NCBI GenBank assembly: GCA_039588275.1
Contig: JBDHAC010000011.1
Span: 1-64,000 of the forward strand
Direction: 5' to 3'
DNA: 64,000 nt
DNA from: Gemmatimonadota bacterium
GTDB lineage: Bacteria; Gemmatimonadota; Gemmatimonadetes; Palauibacterales; Palauibacteraceae
A program made the translations under genes and the position numbers. Position 1 is the stretch's first letter, and each line of letters begins with the position of its first letter. The notes below the pieces were generated by a model. That model was given only the letters and a program-made list of their open reading frames with translations, did no database searches and was not told where the DNA came from. Below are positions 10,077 through 19,341 of the stretch, in pieces.

Positions 10077-10162
10077 GCCGCTCACCCACCCCCATACGTG
10101 ATCCGGTTGGTTTACCGGACCGCGACGGCACCGCCCGCATTGCAGACCGGATCCAATCCGGA

Positions 10163-12787
10163 TCAGCCGCGAAGTCGGGCGGATCGGAAGAGCATGTCGG
10201 CCGATTGGAGGATCTTGGCTTTCAGACGCGGTGGGTAGTCAGGCCGCTCGTCGAGAAAGACGCGCACGATCTCGGCCGCGTCGTTCGATGCGTGTCCACC
10301 GAGCGTCCCGTCGAGCCACCGCTTGGGGAAGAAGATGTCCCCGGTACGCTGGATCTCCTCCAGGAGCTCAAGGCTAGGGAGCACGTAGCGCAGCGCATGC
10401 TCGGCGCGTAGCGGGTGGTTGAGGAACCCGACGGCCTGCAGCACCCAGGGCTCCCGTTCGCGGTTGACCGGATCGGACAGCGACTCGAAGAAACGATCGC
10501 GGGCAGCCGGGTCCGCGGAGAGCGACGCACGCATGAACCCGAAGCGGGCCGCGCGGTCAGGGTTCTCGATACGCTCCTGCTGGCGGGCGAGAATTTCTTC
10601 CGCGTCGGGCACTTCTCGAAGCGCGAGCTCGTACGCGAGACCCATGTAATCGGGCTCGGACAGCGGAAGCCCGGGGATGTCCAGGTCTTCGCGCCAGATG
10701 GCCTCCAGCCTGCCGATGGCTTCCGCGCTCAGGCCCAGGCGCCTGTAGGTCCGGAAGTAGCTCGCCTTGAGAGTCGAGGTCGGTGCCATCTCGAGGCTCG
10801 ACCACAGAAGTCGCTCGATCGTCGGCCCGACCGAGGCCCGTTCGGCCGGCGCGAGAAAGCGCCAGTAGGCCGTTTCCAGGTCCGCCAGCATACGGGAGAG
10901 GAGCAGCTCCTCCGTCTCCGACTCGATCGCGCGCTCAGCCAGCTCGACGAACGCGGTCGGAGACACTGTCCCTTCGAGCAGCTCGTCCCAGAGGGACAGC
11001 CAGGCGACCGCGCGAGGGATCGGGTCCCCCACTGCGGGGAGGTCTTTCAGCAGGCGCTCGCGGGTTTCCGGATTCAACCGGAACAGCCCGTACCCGGCCC
11101 CGCCGCCGTTGGCCAGTACGAAGTCGGGCTCCTCCGGCCCGATCTCGAACGACGCTCTCTCTGCCTCGAGACGCACGTCGGTGGTGATCGCTCGTCCGGC
11201 TGTCACGGCAGTGAAGCCGAGCGGTTGAGACCACACGAGACCGCGACCCAGCGGATCGCTTTGCGAGACCGTGACACGGGGGCGCTGTCCGGCTCCGTCC
11301 CCTTCCCGCCCTCTCCGGGGTACCGGGCCGATGTCCACGGTGACCGTGGGTCGACCGGGCTCGTCCACCCAGGCGCGGCTCCATGCCGCGAGGTCCAGCG
11401 GCGACCGACGATCCAGAATCTCGATCAGATCCGGCCAGCTCGCGTTTCGGAATCGATACGTGGCCAGGTACTCGCGCAGTCCGTCCCGCAAGGCCGTCTC
11501 GCCCACGAGCCGTTCGAGCTGGCGCATCACGATCGGCGCCTTCTGGTAGATGATCGCGCCGTACAGCGTGCCGGCCTCGTTCAGGTTGTCGAGCGACTGC
11601 CGGATGGGATTCGCACCCGCGGTCCGATCTACCGAATAGGCAGCCGGATAGTGGGCGAGCAGAAAGCGCAAATCGTGATTCAGCTCGGGGAACGAGGGAT
11701 TCACGATCTTTGCGGCCATGAAGTTGGCGAACACTTCCTTCATCCACACGTCATCGAACCACCGCATCGTCACGAGATCGCCGAACCACATGTGCGCGGT
11801 CTCGTGCGCGATCACGCTCGCCCGACCCAGAAGCTGGGCCTGCGTGGTCGATTCCTCCAGAAAGAGGCTCGAGGCGCGGTACAGGATCGCTCCCGCGTGC
11901 TCCATTCCGCCGTACTGGAACGACGGTACGGCCACGAAATCGAACTTCCCGAACGGGTACGGGATCCCCGTGTACTCCTCCAGCCACGCCAACGCCGTGG
12001 CATGCAGGTCGAAGATCGCGTCCAGATTGCGCGCCACGTTCGTCGAGTCCGTCTCGCGGTGAAACAGCCGCAGCCGCCGACCGTCACGCACCGCCTCTTC
12101 CACCTCGAAGCGCCCCGCCGCGAACGAGAACAGATACGTGCTGAGCGGCTCCGTCTGCGCGAACCGAACCGAGGTCTTTCCCGGACCATCGGGGGCCGGC
12201 TCCTCCGTGACCTCCTCGAGCGCCGCCCCGTTCGCGACCGCGCGCCATCCCCCGGGCACGTGCAGCGTGAGGGAGTAGCGCGCCTTCAGGTCGGGCTGGT
12301 CGAAGGAGGGAAACGCCCAGCGCGCGCGGTCGGGGACGAACAGCGTGTAGAGGAACTCTTCGTTTCGATTGAGGGACCCGTCGCCCGCCTCGAACTCGAT
12401 CTCGACGACGTTGCCTCCCGATTCGAGGAGCGTCGAGGGGATCCGAAGGTGCTCATCGCGAAGATCCACACCGACCGAGTCACGACCGTTCACCCGCAGC
12501 GAGCCGACTCGATCCGGGGTCGACGCGAAGTCCAGCAGGAGAGGCCCTTCTCCACTCCACTCGAAGCGGAGCTCGGCGCGCCCGGTGACGGGATCCGTGA
12601 GCGCCCCGGGGATCCAGAACTCCAGGTCATACCGCAAGTCCGAGATCGACCCGACCCGCTCTTGCGCCAGGCTGAGGGACACACCCCGCTCCGACTCGGA
12701 CCCCGTCGGCGACGCTCGGTCACACGCTGCCATCGCCAATGGATGGATCGACGTGACGGCGAGGAGTGCGGCGGCTCGCGAGCTCAG
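10163..12787 (-). CDS. M1 family aminopeptidase (PepN-like) with ERAP1-like C-terminal domain, probable lipoprotein
   Basis: GGMEH, HETAH..W..E zinc motif, IYQKAP. Lipobox-like LAMAAC. Start uncertain: CTG 12787, GTG 12844 or ATG 12733. Confidence 0.92.
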   Translation of the reverse strand: MSSRAAALLAVTSIHPLAMAACDRASPTGSESERGVSLSLAQERVGSISDLRYDLEFWIPGALTDPVTGRAELRFEWSGEGPLLLDFASTPDRVGSLRVNGRDSVGVDLRDEHLRIPSTLLESGGNVVEIEFEAGDGSLNRNEEFLYTLFVPDRARWAFPSFDQPDLKARYSLTLHVPGGWRAVANGAALEEVTEEPAPDGPGKTSVRFAQTEPLSTYLFSFAAGRFEVEEAVRDGRRLRLFHRETDSTNVARNLDAIFDLHATALAWLEEYTGIPYPFGKFDFVAVPSFQYGGMEHAGAILYRASSLFLEESTTQAQLLGRASVIAHETAHMWFGDLVTMRWFDDVWMKEVFANFMAAKIVNPSFPELNHDLRFLLAHYPAAYSVDRTAGANPIRQSLDNLNEAGTLYGAIIYQKAPIVMRQLERLVGETALRDGLREYLATYRFRNASWPDLIEILDRRSPLDLAAWSRAWVDEPGRPTVTVDIGPVPRRGREGDGAGQRPRVTVSQSDPLGRGLVWSQPLGFTAVTAGRAITTDVRLEAERASFEIGPEEPDFVLANGGGAGYGLFRLNPETRERLLKDLPAVGDPIPRAVAWLSLWDELLEGTVSPTAFVELAERAIESETEELLLSRMLADLETAYWRFLAPAERASVGPTIERLLWSSLEMAPTSTLKASYFRTYRRLGLSAEAIGRLEAIWREDLDIPGLPLSEPDYMGLAYELALREVPDAEEILARQQERIENPDRAARFGFMRASLSADPAARDRFFESLSDPVNREREPWVLQAVGFLNHPLRAEHALRYVLPSLELLEEIQRTGDIFFPKRWLDGTLGGHASNDAAEIVRVFLDERPDYPPRLKAKILQSADMLFRSARLRG

Positions 12788-13638
12788 CCCGCGCCCCTGG
12801 TGCTCATGATCACTCCGTGCGTGAAGCGATACATCTCCTTCCACAGCCCCTCGTGCGCGAAGATGTCGTTGTGGCCGGCGCCGTCGGCTATGTACCACTG
12901 CTTGGGCTCACGGCCCGCGTCGAATACCCGCTTCGCCTCATCGGGCGGGATGACGTCGTCATCGGCCCCTACGGCCATGAACAGGGGCGCTCGCACCCGA
13001 CCGATCCGCTCCAGCGAATCGAACCGCGTCTCATCCCATTCCAGAAACCACGAGGGAAGCCAGCGAAGACGTCGCCGAGCGATGGCCGGCGTATTCGTGA
13101 ACGCCCCGAGGAGGACCAGACCGGCGATTCTTCGTTGCGTCGCCAGGTCCACGGCGACGGCGCTCCCGAGCGAGTTGCCGATGAGGAACAGGCGACCTGG
13201 CTCTACTCCGCGCTCGTCGACCAACCAGCGATACACCGCGCGAGCGTCGGAGTACAACCCCTCCTCGGTCGGTCTTCCTTCGCTCAGCCCGTACCCCCGG
13301 TAGTCGGGGAGCAGGACGTCCAGCCCGAGACCCGCGAGCGCGGCTGCCACGGTGCCGCGGTCACCAAGGTGCCCGGCGTTACCATGGAAGTAGACCGCCG
13401 CGCCCGAGCTCGGTTGCGCCGACAGGGCCGGGAACCACCACCCATGCAGGAGCGGTCCGTCGAACGTCGGGATACGGACCTCGGTCGCGTCCGGAAAGCC
13501 CCAGTAGCGCGGGTGGCTCTCCTGAGGCTCGAGCGGCTCCGGGTAGAAGACGAAGAAAGGCACCATCCGCGGGAGCAGTAGGCGCAGTCCGACGCCCGCC
13601 CCGATGACCACTGCCGCCAGGATGGCCAGGATCTCCAC
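12784..13638 (-). CDS. Alpha/beta hydrolase (ABHD13/BEM46-like) with N-terminal membrane anchor
   Basis: YFHGNAG, DYRGYGLSEG.PTE.GL, GNSLG nucleophile elbow, D..IP, GAGHND. Confidence 0.9.
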   Translation of the reverse strand: MEILAILAAVVIGAGVGLRLLLPRMVPFFVFYPEPLEPQESHPRYWGFPDATEVRIPTFDGPLLHGWWFPALSAQPSSGAAVYFHGNAGHLGDRGTVAAALAGLGLDVLLPDYRGYGLSEGRPTEEGLYSDARAVYRWLVDERGVEPGRLFLIGNSLGSAVAVDLATQRRIAGLVLLGAFTNTPAIARRRLRWLPSWFLEWDETRFDSLERIGRVRAPLFMAVGADDDVIPPDEAKRVFDAGREPKQWYIADGAGHNDIFAHEGLWKEMYRFTHGVIMSTRGAG

Positions 13639-13690
13639 GTCTCAGAACACCTCGCGCCAAAGCGCGTATAAGCTCATCATTAGAAACCGG

Positions 13691-14536
13691 TTATGGCATT
13701 ACACCTGAAGCATCGTATGCGGCCCAATCCCTGTAGAGATCGGGTCGCCGGTCGCGCCAGAACAGGCGCCGGGCGGTCGACGTTTCGCACGCGGTGAGGT
13801 CCAGATCCGCGACGATGATCTCCTCGACCAACGTCCCTCCGCGAGCAATCACGCGTCCTTCGGGATCCGTCACGAAGGACTCCCCCGCGAACGTGAGGCG
13901 TTCCTCATCACCCACTCGATTGCAGAGGGCCGCGTAGTACCCGTTCTGGAACGCGGCCACACGGACCTCGGCCTCGTACAGGCCCTCGGGCCACTCCCCG
14001 ACCGAGCCCGCCTGTGGGATCACCACGAGTTGAGCCCCCTGCTCCCCGAGTCGACGCATGTACTCGGGATAGTGTCGGTCGTAGCAAATGGCGACGCCGA
14101 CTCGACCGACCGCTGTCTGGTACACGGGTGCACCGCGATCCCCTTCCGCGTAGTAGGCTTGTTCGTGAAAGCAGGCGTAGTCGGTGATGTGGGCCATGCG
14201 AGTCACGCCCAGCAGGCTCCCGTTCGCATCGAACACCGGGGAGCTGTCGTAGCACCGCCCGTCATCGGCTCTCTCGTACATGTTGAAGACGGTGACCAGA
14301 CCCAGCTCGAGAGCCCGCGCGCCGATGCGATCCGCGGTCGGGCCCGGGATGGATTCGGCGACATCGGCCGCCGAGCGGTCCGCCTCGCGCTGGGGGAAGA
14401 AACGGTCGACGGCCAATTCCGCGAAGGCGACGAGATCGGCCCCGAGGTCCTTCGCTCGCCCCATGGCCTCGAGCGCGCGAGCCAAGTTCTGGCCACGGTC
14501 CTCTGCCGCTGCCTGCTGTACGAGCGCGATGCGCAT
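13691..14536 (-). CDS. Carbon-nitrogen hydrolase (N-carbamoylputrescine amidase-like)
   Basis: MRIALVQ, FAEL, FHEQAYY, AICYDRHYPE (catalytic Cys), NRVGDE...FAGESF. Confidence 0.9.
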   Translation of the reverse strand: MRIALVQQAAAEDRGQNLARALEAMGRAKDLGADLVAFAELAVDRFFPQREADRSAADVAESIPGPTADRIGARALELGLVTVFNMYERADDGRCYDSSPVFDANGSLLGVTRMAHITDYACFHEQAYYAEGDRGAPVYQTAVGRVGVAICYDRHYPEYMRRLGEQGAQLVVIPQAGSVGEWPEGLYEAEVRVAAFQNGYYAALCNRVGDEERLTFAGESFVTDPEGRVIARGGTLVEEIIVADLDLTACETSTARRLFWRDRRPDLYRDWAAYDASGVMP

Positions 14537-14716
14537 GTGAGACTCCGTGGATGCCAGTCTGGCAGGTTGCGGCCAGGCGTGGAGCCGGCATCGAAACCGG
14601 CGTGCCGTGGGATCTTCGGTCGGCGGGAGACAACCCGCAACGGCTTCATCGCCGCCTGTCCTTCTGACGGGCGGGGCGGGCGGCCCCGATTCCGATCCCG
14701 ATGTAGATTCGTACTC

Positions 14717-15484
14717 ATGTGTGGACGCTTCACGCTGCAGACTCCGGTTCCCGAGCTGGTCGAGTTGTTCGAGGTCGATCACGTGCGAGCGACGCCCTCC
14801 GGACCGCGCTTCAACGTGGCTCCGACCGACGCCGTGGCCGTGGTTCGGCAGCGACCGGACGGCGGGAGGGAGCTGGATGCCCTGAGGTGGGGGTTGATCC
14901 CGGGCTGGGCGCGTGATCCGGCGGAGCTTCCGATGCTCATCAACGCGAGGAGCGAGACACTCGACAGCCGGCCCGCCTTCGAGGAATCGACGCGCTCTCG
15001 CCGCTGTCTCGTGCTCGCGGACGGGTTTTACGAATGGCGAACGGAGGGTGGACGCCGTCAACCGTACCTGGTCCGCCTGAGGGGCGGCGGGCCATTCGCG
15101 TTCGCCGGTCTGTGGGACCGCTGGTCCGGCGACCCGGAAGGCCCGGTCGAGTCCTGCGCCATCATCACCACGGATGCGAATGATCTCCTGCGACCCGTCC
15201 ATGATCGGATGCCGGTCATACTCGCACCCGCCGATGTGTCACATTGGCTCGACCCGGAGGTGCGGCTGTACGCAGAACTGGCCCCCTTGCTCGAGCCGTT
15301 TCCCTCCGATGCCGTCGAGCTCGTACCGGTCAGCCCGCGCGTGAACCACATCCGGAACGACGACGCAGCGTGCGTCGAACCGCTCGGCCCTTTGATCGGG
15401 ACGCCGTCCGAATTGGCGGAGCGGATTGCGGATCGGCCGCCTGACGCGCCGGCGCCACCACCCGACCAGCTCGATCTCCTGTAA
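14717..15484 (+). CDS. SOS response-associated peptidase (SRAP/YedK/HMCES; abasic-site crosslinking)
   Basis: N-terminal MCGRF, FNVAPT, INARSET, GFYEW, HDRMPVIL. Confidence 0.93.
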   Translation: MCGRFTLQTPVPELVELFEVDHVRATPSGPRFNVAPTDAVAVVRQRPDGGRELDALRWGLIPGWARDPAELPMLINARSETLDSRPAFEESTRSRRCLVLADGFYEWRTEGGRRQPYLVRLRGGGPFAFAGLWDRWSGDPEGPVESCAIITTDANDLLRPVHDRMPVILAPADVSHWLDPEVRLYAELAPLLEPFPSDAVELVPVSPRVNHIRNDDAACVEPLGPLIGTPSELAERIADRPPDAPAPPPDQLDLL

Positions 15485-15730
15485 CGGGCCCACTCGCTGT
15501 CGCGAGTCCCGCGGGCGCGGTTCCGAGGAGGGCTTTATTGCATTCGCGCGACAGAACCTCGGTTCCGGCGTGCTACACTCTGCGTTCAGAACACGACCTT
15601 GATCCGCGCATGTCCCGTTCTCATAACGAGTTGAAGCGCGCTCGGCCGGGGAACGCCAATTGCTCCGCCACACCTGCTGGAGTCGGGCCATCCCGGGCGG
15701 GTGGCAGGCGTCGCCAGGAAGCGGGTCGCC

Positions 15731-18187
15731 ATGACATACACCCTCTGGTACTCGGACCTCGATCGGCACTCGATCGAGAGGGTCGGAGGCAAGAACGCGT
15801 CGCTCGGCGAGATGATTCGGGCGCTGAGGCGTGAAGGCATTCGAGTGCCCGAAGGCTTCGCTCTGACTGCCGGCGCGTACACCGACTTCGTTCACCACAA
15901 CGAGTTGGGCGCAGCGATCCGCGCCCACCTGGAGGAGCTGGAAACGGGGGCACGCCCCCTCGCGGAAGTGGGCGCGTCCATTCGCGAGCTCTTCCTGCGC
16001 TCCGAGTTCCCCGCCCCGATCGCAGAGGCGGTGCGCGAGGCGTACGCCGAGTTGAGCCGGAAGAACGGCGTCGGGGAGCTCGACGTGGCGGTCCGGAGCA
16101 GCGCGACCGCGGAGGACCTTCCCGAAGCCAGCTTCGCAGGCCAGCAGGAGACTTTTCTGAACGTATCGGGTGCGAGCGACGTGCTGGACGCTTGTCGCCG
16201 CTGCTACGCCTCGCTGTTCACCAACCGGGCGATCGCGTATCGGACCAAGCAGGGCTTCGACCACCTCGATGTCGCGCTCTCGGTCGGAGTCCAGCGGATG
16301 GTCCGATCGGACCTGGCTAGCGCCGGCGTTTGCTTCTCCATCGATACCGAGACCGGCTTCCCGGACGTCGTGCTGATCAGCGCCGCGTGGGGTCTCGGGG
16401 AGACAGTCGTGCAGGGGAGTGTGACGCCCGATCAATACACGGTGTTCAAGCCTCTGCTGGAGCATCGGAAGCTCACTCCGATCATCGACCGAACCCTGGG
16501 CACCAAGGAGATCAAGCTCGTCTACGGGGACGAGATGGAGACGCCCACGCTGGAGGTCCCCACGGAGCCCTCGGAGCGTGACGCCTACGTGCTCGACGAC
16601 GAGGAGATCCTGCAACTCGCTCGCTGGGTGTCGAGAATCGAGACGCATTACGGCTGTCCGATGGACATCGAGTGGGCGAAGGACGGGCGCACGGGCGAGC
16701 TGTTCATCGTCCAGGCCCGACCCGAGACCGTCCAATCGCGTCTGGACGCCGGAGTGCTCAAGACGTACACGCTGGAGGAGGTGGGGCGGGAGCTCGTGGC
16801 CGGACTCAGCGTCGGTCAGGCGATCGCGACGGGACGCGTGTGCGTGATCGAGGATGCCCGCAACATCGACCGCTTCGAGGACGGAGCCATCCTCGTGACC
16901 GAGATGACGGACCCGGACTGGGTACCGATCATGGAGCGGGCGGCAGGAATCGTCACGAACTCGGGCGGCCGGACGTGCCACGCGGCCATCGTGAGTCGCG
17001 AGCTCGGGACGCCGGCCGTGATCGGGACGGGGAACGCGACAGACGTCCTCGAGGACGGACAAGAGGTGACGCTTTCGTGCGCCGAAGGCGACGAAGGGTT
17101 CGTGTACGAAGGGGTCCTTCGGTACCACGAATCCGAGGTGGATCTGGATGACGTCCCGGAAACTCGAACGCGCATCATGCAGAACGTCGGCAGCCCGTCC
17201 GCCGCCTTTCGCTGGTGGCGGCTGCCGTCCGCGGGAGTCGGTCTGGCTCGGATGGAGTTCATCATCAGCAACCACATCCAGATCCACCCGATGGCGCTCG
17301 TGCACTACGAGGATCTGGCGGATGAGGAAGTCAAGGCCAGGATCGCCACCCTGACACGGGGCTACGAGACGAAGACGCGTTACTTCGTCGACCACCTGGC
17401 ACGTGGTATCGCCAAGATCGCCGCCGCGCAATGGCCGGAGCCCGTGATCGTGCGGATGAGCGACTTCAAGACGAACGAGTATGCCGACCTGATCGGAGGC
17501 GACGAGTTCGAAACCCCGGAGAGCAACCCGATGCTCGGATTCCGGGGCGCCGCCCGTTACTACAGCGATCGTTACCGCGAGGGCTTCGCGCTGGAATGCG
17601 AGGCCATCCGCTGTGTCCGAGAGGAAATCGGGCTACGCAACGTCCTCATCATGATCCCGTTCTGTCGTACGCTCGCCGAGGCCGAGCGCGTGCTCGAGGT
17701 CCTGGCGGACAACGGTCTCCGGCGAGGAGAGTCGGACCTCGAGGTCTACATGATGGCCGAGGTCCCGTCCAACGTCATCCTCGCCGAGGAGTTCGCCCGG
17801 CTGTTCGATGGATTCTCGATCGGGAGCAACGACCTCACGCAGCTGATCCTGGGCGTGGACCGGGACTCGGCAGAGCTGGCGAGCCTGTTCGACGAGCGCA
17901 ACGACGCGGTGAAGCGAGCGATCCGCGACCTGATCGACCGAGCGCACCGGCATGGCCGCAAGGTGGGGATCTGCGGTCAGGCTCCGAGCGACCACCCGGA
18001 GTTCGCGACGTTCCTGGTCGAGGCCGGTATCGACTCCATCTCGTTGAATCCCGACAGCATCGTGGACGTCAAGCACCGGGTCGCCGAAATGGAGGCGGAA
18101 CGCGACGCGACCGCGACGCGCCCCTCGCGGCCGCGCGTACGAATGCCGGCCGCGGCGCGCGGCCGGCGGCCGCGGCACTCGTACTAG
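15731..18187 (+). CDS. ppsA: Phosphoenolpyruvate synthase
   Basis: VGGKNASLGEM, RSSATAEDLPEASFAGQQET, QARPETV, GGRTCHAAIVSRE, NPMLGFRGA, DGFSIGSNDLTQ, GICGQAPSD. Confidence 0.97.
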   Translation: MTYTLWYSDLDRHSIERVGGKNASLGEMIRALRREGIRVPEGFALTAGAYTDFVHHNELGAAIRAHLEELETGARPLAEVGASIRELFLRSEFPAPIAEAVREAYAELSRKNGVGELDVAVRSSATAEDLPEASFAGQQETFLNVSGASDVLDACRRCYASLFTNRAIAYRTKQGFDHLDVALSVGVQRMVRSDLASAGVCFSIDTETGFPDVVLISAAWGLGETVVQGSVTPDQYTVFKPLLEHRKLTPIIDRTLGTKEIKLVYGDEMETPTLEVPTEPSERDAYVLDDEEILQLARWVSRIETHYGCPMDIEWAKDGRTGELFIVQARPETVQSRLDAGVLKTYTLEEVGRELVAGLSVGQAIATGRVCVIEDARNIDRFEDGAILVTEMTDPDWVPIMERAAGIVTNSGGRTCHAAIVSRELGTPAVIGTGNATDVLEDGQEVTLSCAEGDEGFVYEGVLRYHESEVDLDDVPETRTRIMQNVGSPSAAFRWWRLPSAGVGLARMEFIISNHIQIHPMALVHYEDLADEEVKARIATLTRGYETKTRYFVDHLARGIAKIAAAQWPEPVIVRMSDFKTNEYADLIGGDEFETPESNPMLGFRGAARYYSDRYREGFALECEAIRCVREEIGLRNVLIMIPFCRTLAEAERVLEVLADNGLRRGESDLEVYMMAEVPSNVILAEEFARLFDGFSIGSNDLTQLILGVDRDSAELASLFDERNDAVKRAIRDLIDRAHRHGRKVGICGQAPSDHPEFATFLVEAGIDSISLNPDSIVDVKHRVAEMEAERDATATRPSRPRVRMPAAARGRRPRHSY

Positions 18188-18223
18188 CAGACCGACGGTT
18201 AGATCCAGCCCGCGTCCAGGGGC

Positions 18224-18472
18224 TCAGAGGTTCCCGAGCACCTCCCGGATCCGCGCCTCGAGCCGCTCACTCCGCTCGGGCCGCAGCCCCTTGCTCCGAA
18301 TGTGGTCGAGGAAGATTCGCTCGAAGTTGAAGTAGGGGTAGCACCGCTTGCATACCTCGATGTGCTCTCGGACCTGTTCCGTCATCTCGGCGTCCAGCTC
18401 GCCATCCAGGAACTCGTATACCCGCTCGACAGCCTGTTCGCAGCTGATCATCTCTCGATCGCGATCGCTCAT
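18224..18472 (-). CDS. Cytoplasmic zinc anti-sigma factor (ZAS/zf-HC2, RsrA/RshA-like)
   Basis: C..(V)YEFLDGEL...HIEVCKRC (HxxxCxxC); no TM segment; ATGA overlap with the sigma gene. Confidence 0.9.
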   Translation of the reverse strand: MSDRDREMISCEQAVERVYEFLDGELDAEMTEQVREHIEVCKRCYPYFNFERIFLDHIRSKGLRPERSERLEARIREVLGNL

Positions 18473-19041
18473 GACAGGTAACCCATGTCGCGCGCGTAGG
18501 TGTACAGCCGCTCCTGAAGGCGCTTGCGGGCTCGAAACAGGCGCGACTTCACCGTCCCGACCGGGATCTCCATGATCTCCGCCACCTCCTGATAGCTCAA
18601 CCCCTCGAGATCCGACAGCACGACGGGGATCCGAAACTCGTCCGGCAGCTCGTCGATCGCGGTAATCACTTCCTCATCGATGATTCGGTCGAAGAACCCG
18701 CCGACGGGGTCGGTGTCCTTGACCTCCGCGAACACCGAACGGTCGGCCACGTCATCGAAGTCGACGGTCTGGGGCCGCCTTTGCTGGCGACGGAAGTTGT
18801 TGATGAACGTGTTGCGAAGGATGGTCATCAACCAGGCTCGGCAGTTCGTACCCAGCTGGAAATCCTCCCAGGCTCGGTACGCCTTGAGCAACGCCTCCTG
18901 GACGAGATCCTCGGCTTGCGACGCGTTGCCGCCCGTAAGACGGAGTGCCAAACCGTACAGCGAATCGACGTGGACGAGGGCCTCGGCCTCGAACTCCGCC
19001 TTCTTGGCTCGCTCTCGTCCTGCGTCGTCTCGATCCGTCAT
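18469..19041 (-). CDS. ECF sigma factor (SigR/SigH-like)
   Basis: LYGLALRLT..AEDLVQE.LLKAY..F..GTN.RAWL.TILRNTFIN; LSYQEVAEIMEIPVGTVKSRLFRAR. Confidence 0.93.
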   Translation of the reverse strand: MTDRDDAGRERAKKAEFEAEALVHVDSLYGLALRLTGGNASQAEDLVQEALLKAYRAWEDFQLGTNCRAWLMTILRNTFINNFRRQQRRPQTVDFDDVADRSVFAEVKDTDPVGGFFDRIIDEEVITAIDELPDEFRIPVVLSDLEGLSYQEVAEIMEIPVGTVKSRLFRARKRLQERLYTYARDMGYLS

Positions 19042-19069
19042 ATCCCATCTTCCACGATCGATCACCGCG

Positions 19070-19101
19070 CCAGCACCGCTCCAGCACCGCTCCAGCACCG
19101 C
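19070..19101. repeat. Tandem repeat CCAGCACCGCT x3 (11-bp unit)
   Basis: Read directly; lies about 30 bp upstream of the sigma start codon. Confidence 0.9.
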
Positions 19102-19110
19102 GTTCTCCAA

Positions 19111-19136
19111 GGACACGCGGACCTCTCCGGAGTTCC
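19111..19136 (-). promoter_or_regulatory. Possible autoregulatory ECF promoter GGAAC-N17-GTC
   Basis: Minus strand GGAACTCCGGAGAGGTCCGCGTGTCC, about 70 nt upstream of the sigma ATG; imperfect match to the SigR-type consensus. Confidence 0.35.
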
Positions 19137-19216
19137 CGATCCCGCCGATGCCTCCACCTCCGAGCGTGCGCCCGGGGCATGCGCCTTCGGAACCCGTGTC
19201 CCGTTCGCCGACCTCC

Positions 19217-19242
19217 GGAACCTCACCTTCATGTTCCTTGTT
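19217..19242 (+). promoter_or_regulatory. SigR/SigH-type promoter GGAAC-N18-GTT for the DUF3179 gene
   Basis: GGAAC CTCACCTTCATGTTCCTT GTT, 100 nt upstream of ATG 19342; matches the actinobacterial SigR/SigH consensus GGAAY-N18-GTT. Confidence 0.5.
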
Positions 19243-19341
19243 CACCCGGGCAAGCTCGTGATCCGCGGCCGCTTCTTTCGGCACGCCGTCGACTGCCGCC
19301 ATCTTTTCGAGCCCTACCAGTTCGTGAACGATGGAGCGAGA

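Noticed and set aside
10415..13303. Very long antisense ORFs (962 aa here; also 22440..24227, 15239..17431, 34027..35652)
   Set aside because: Shadow frames of well-supported genes in high-GC DNA; Arg/Gly/His-rich with no recognisable motifs.
13642..13680. Minus-strand ATGATGA...CTGA resembling a box C/D sRNA, and AACCGG..CTAATGA resembling part of a fluoride riboswitch
   Set aside because: The C/D guide machinery is not bacterial, the 5' fluoride-riboswitch element is missing, and short motifs like these arise by chance.
14717..15484. SRAP gene as a marker of a prophage or mutagenesis cassette
   Set aside because: No phage, integrase or imuABC/umuDC genes nearby.
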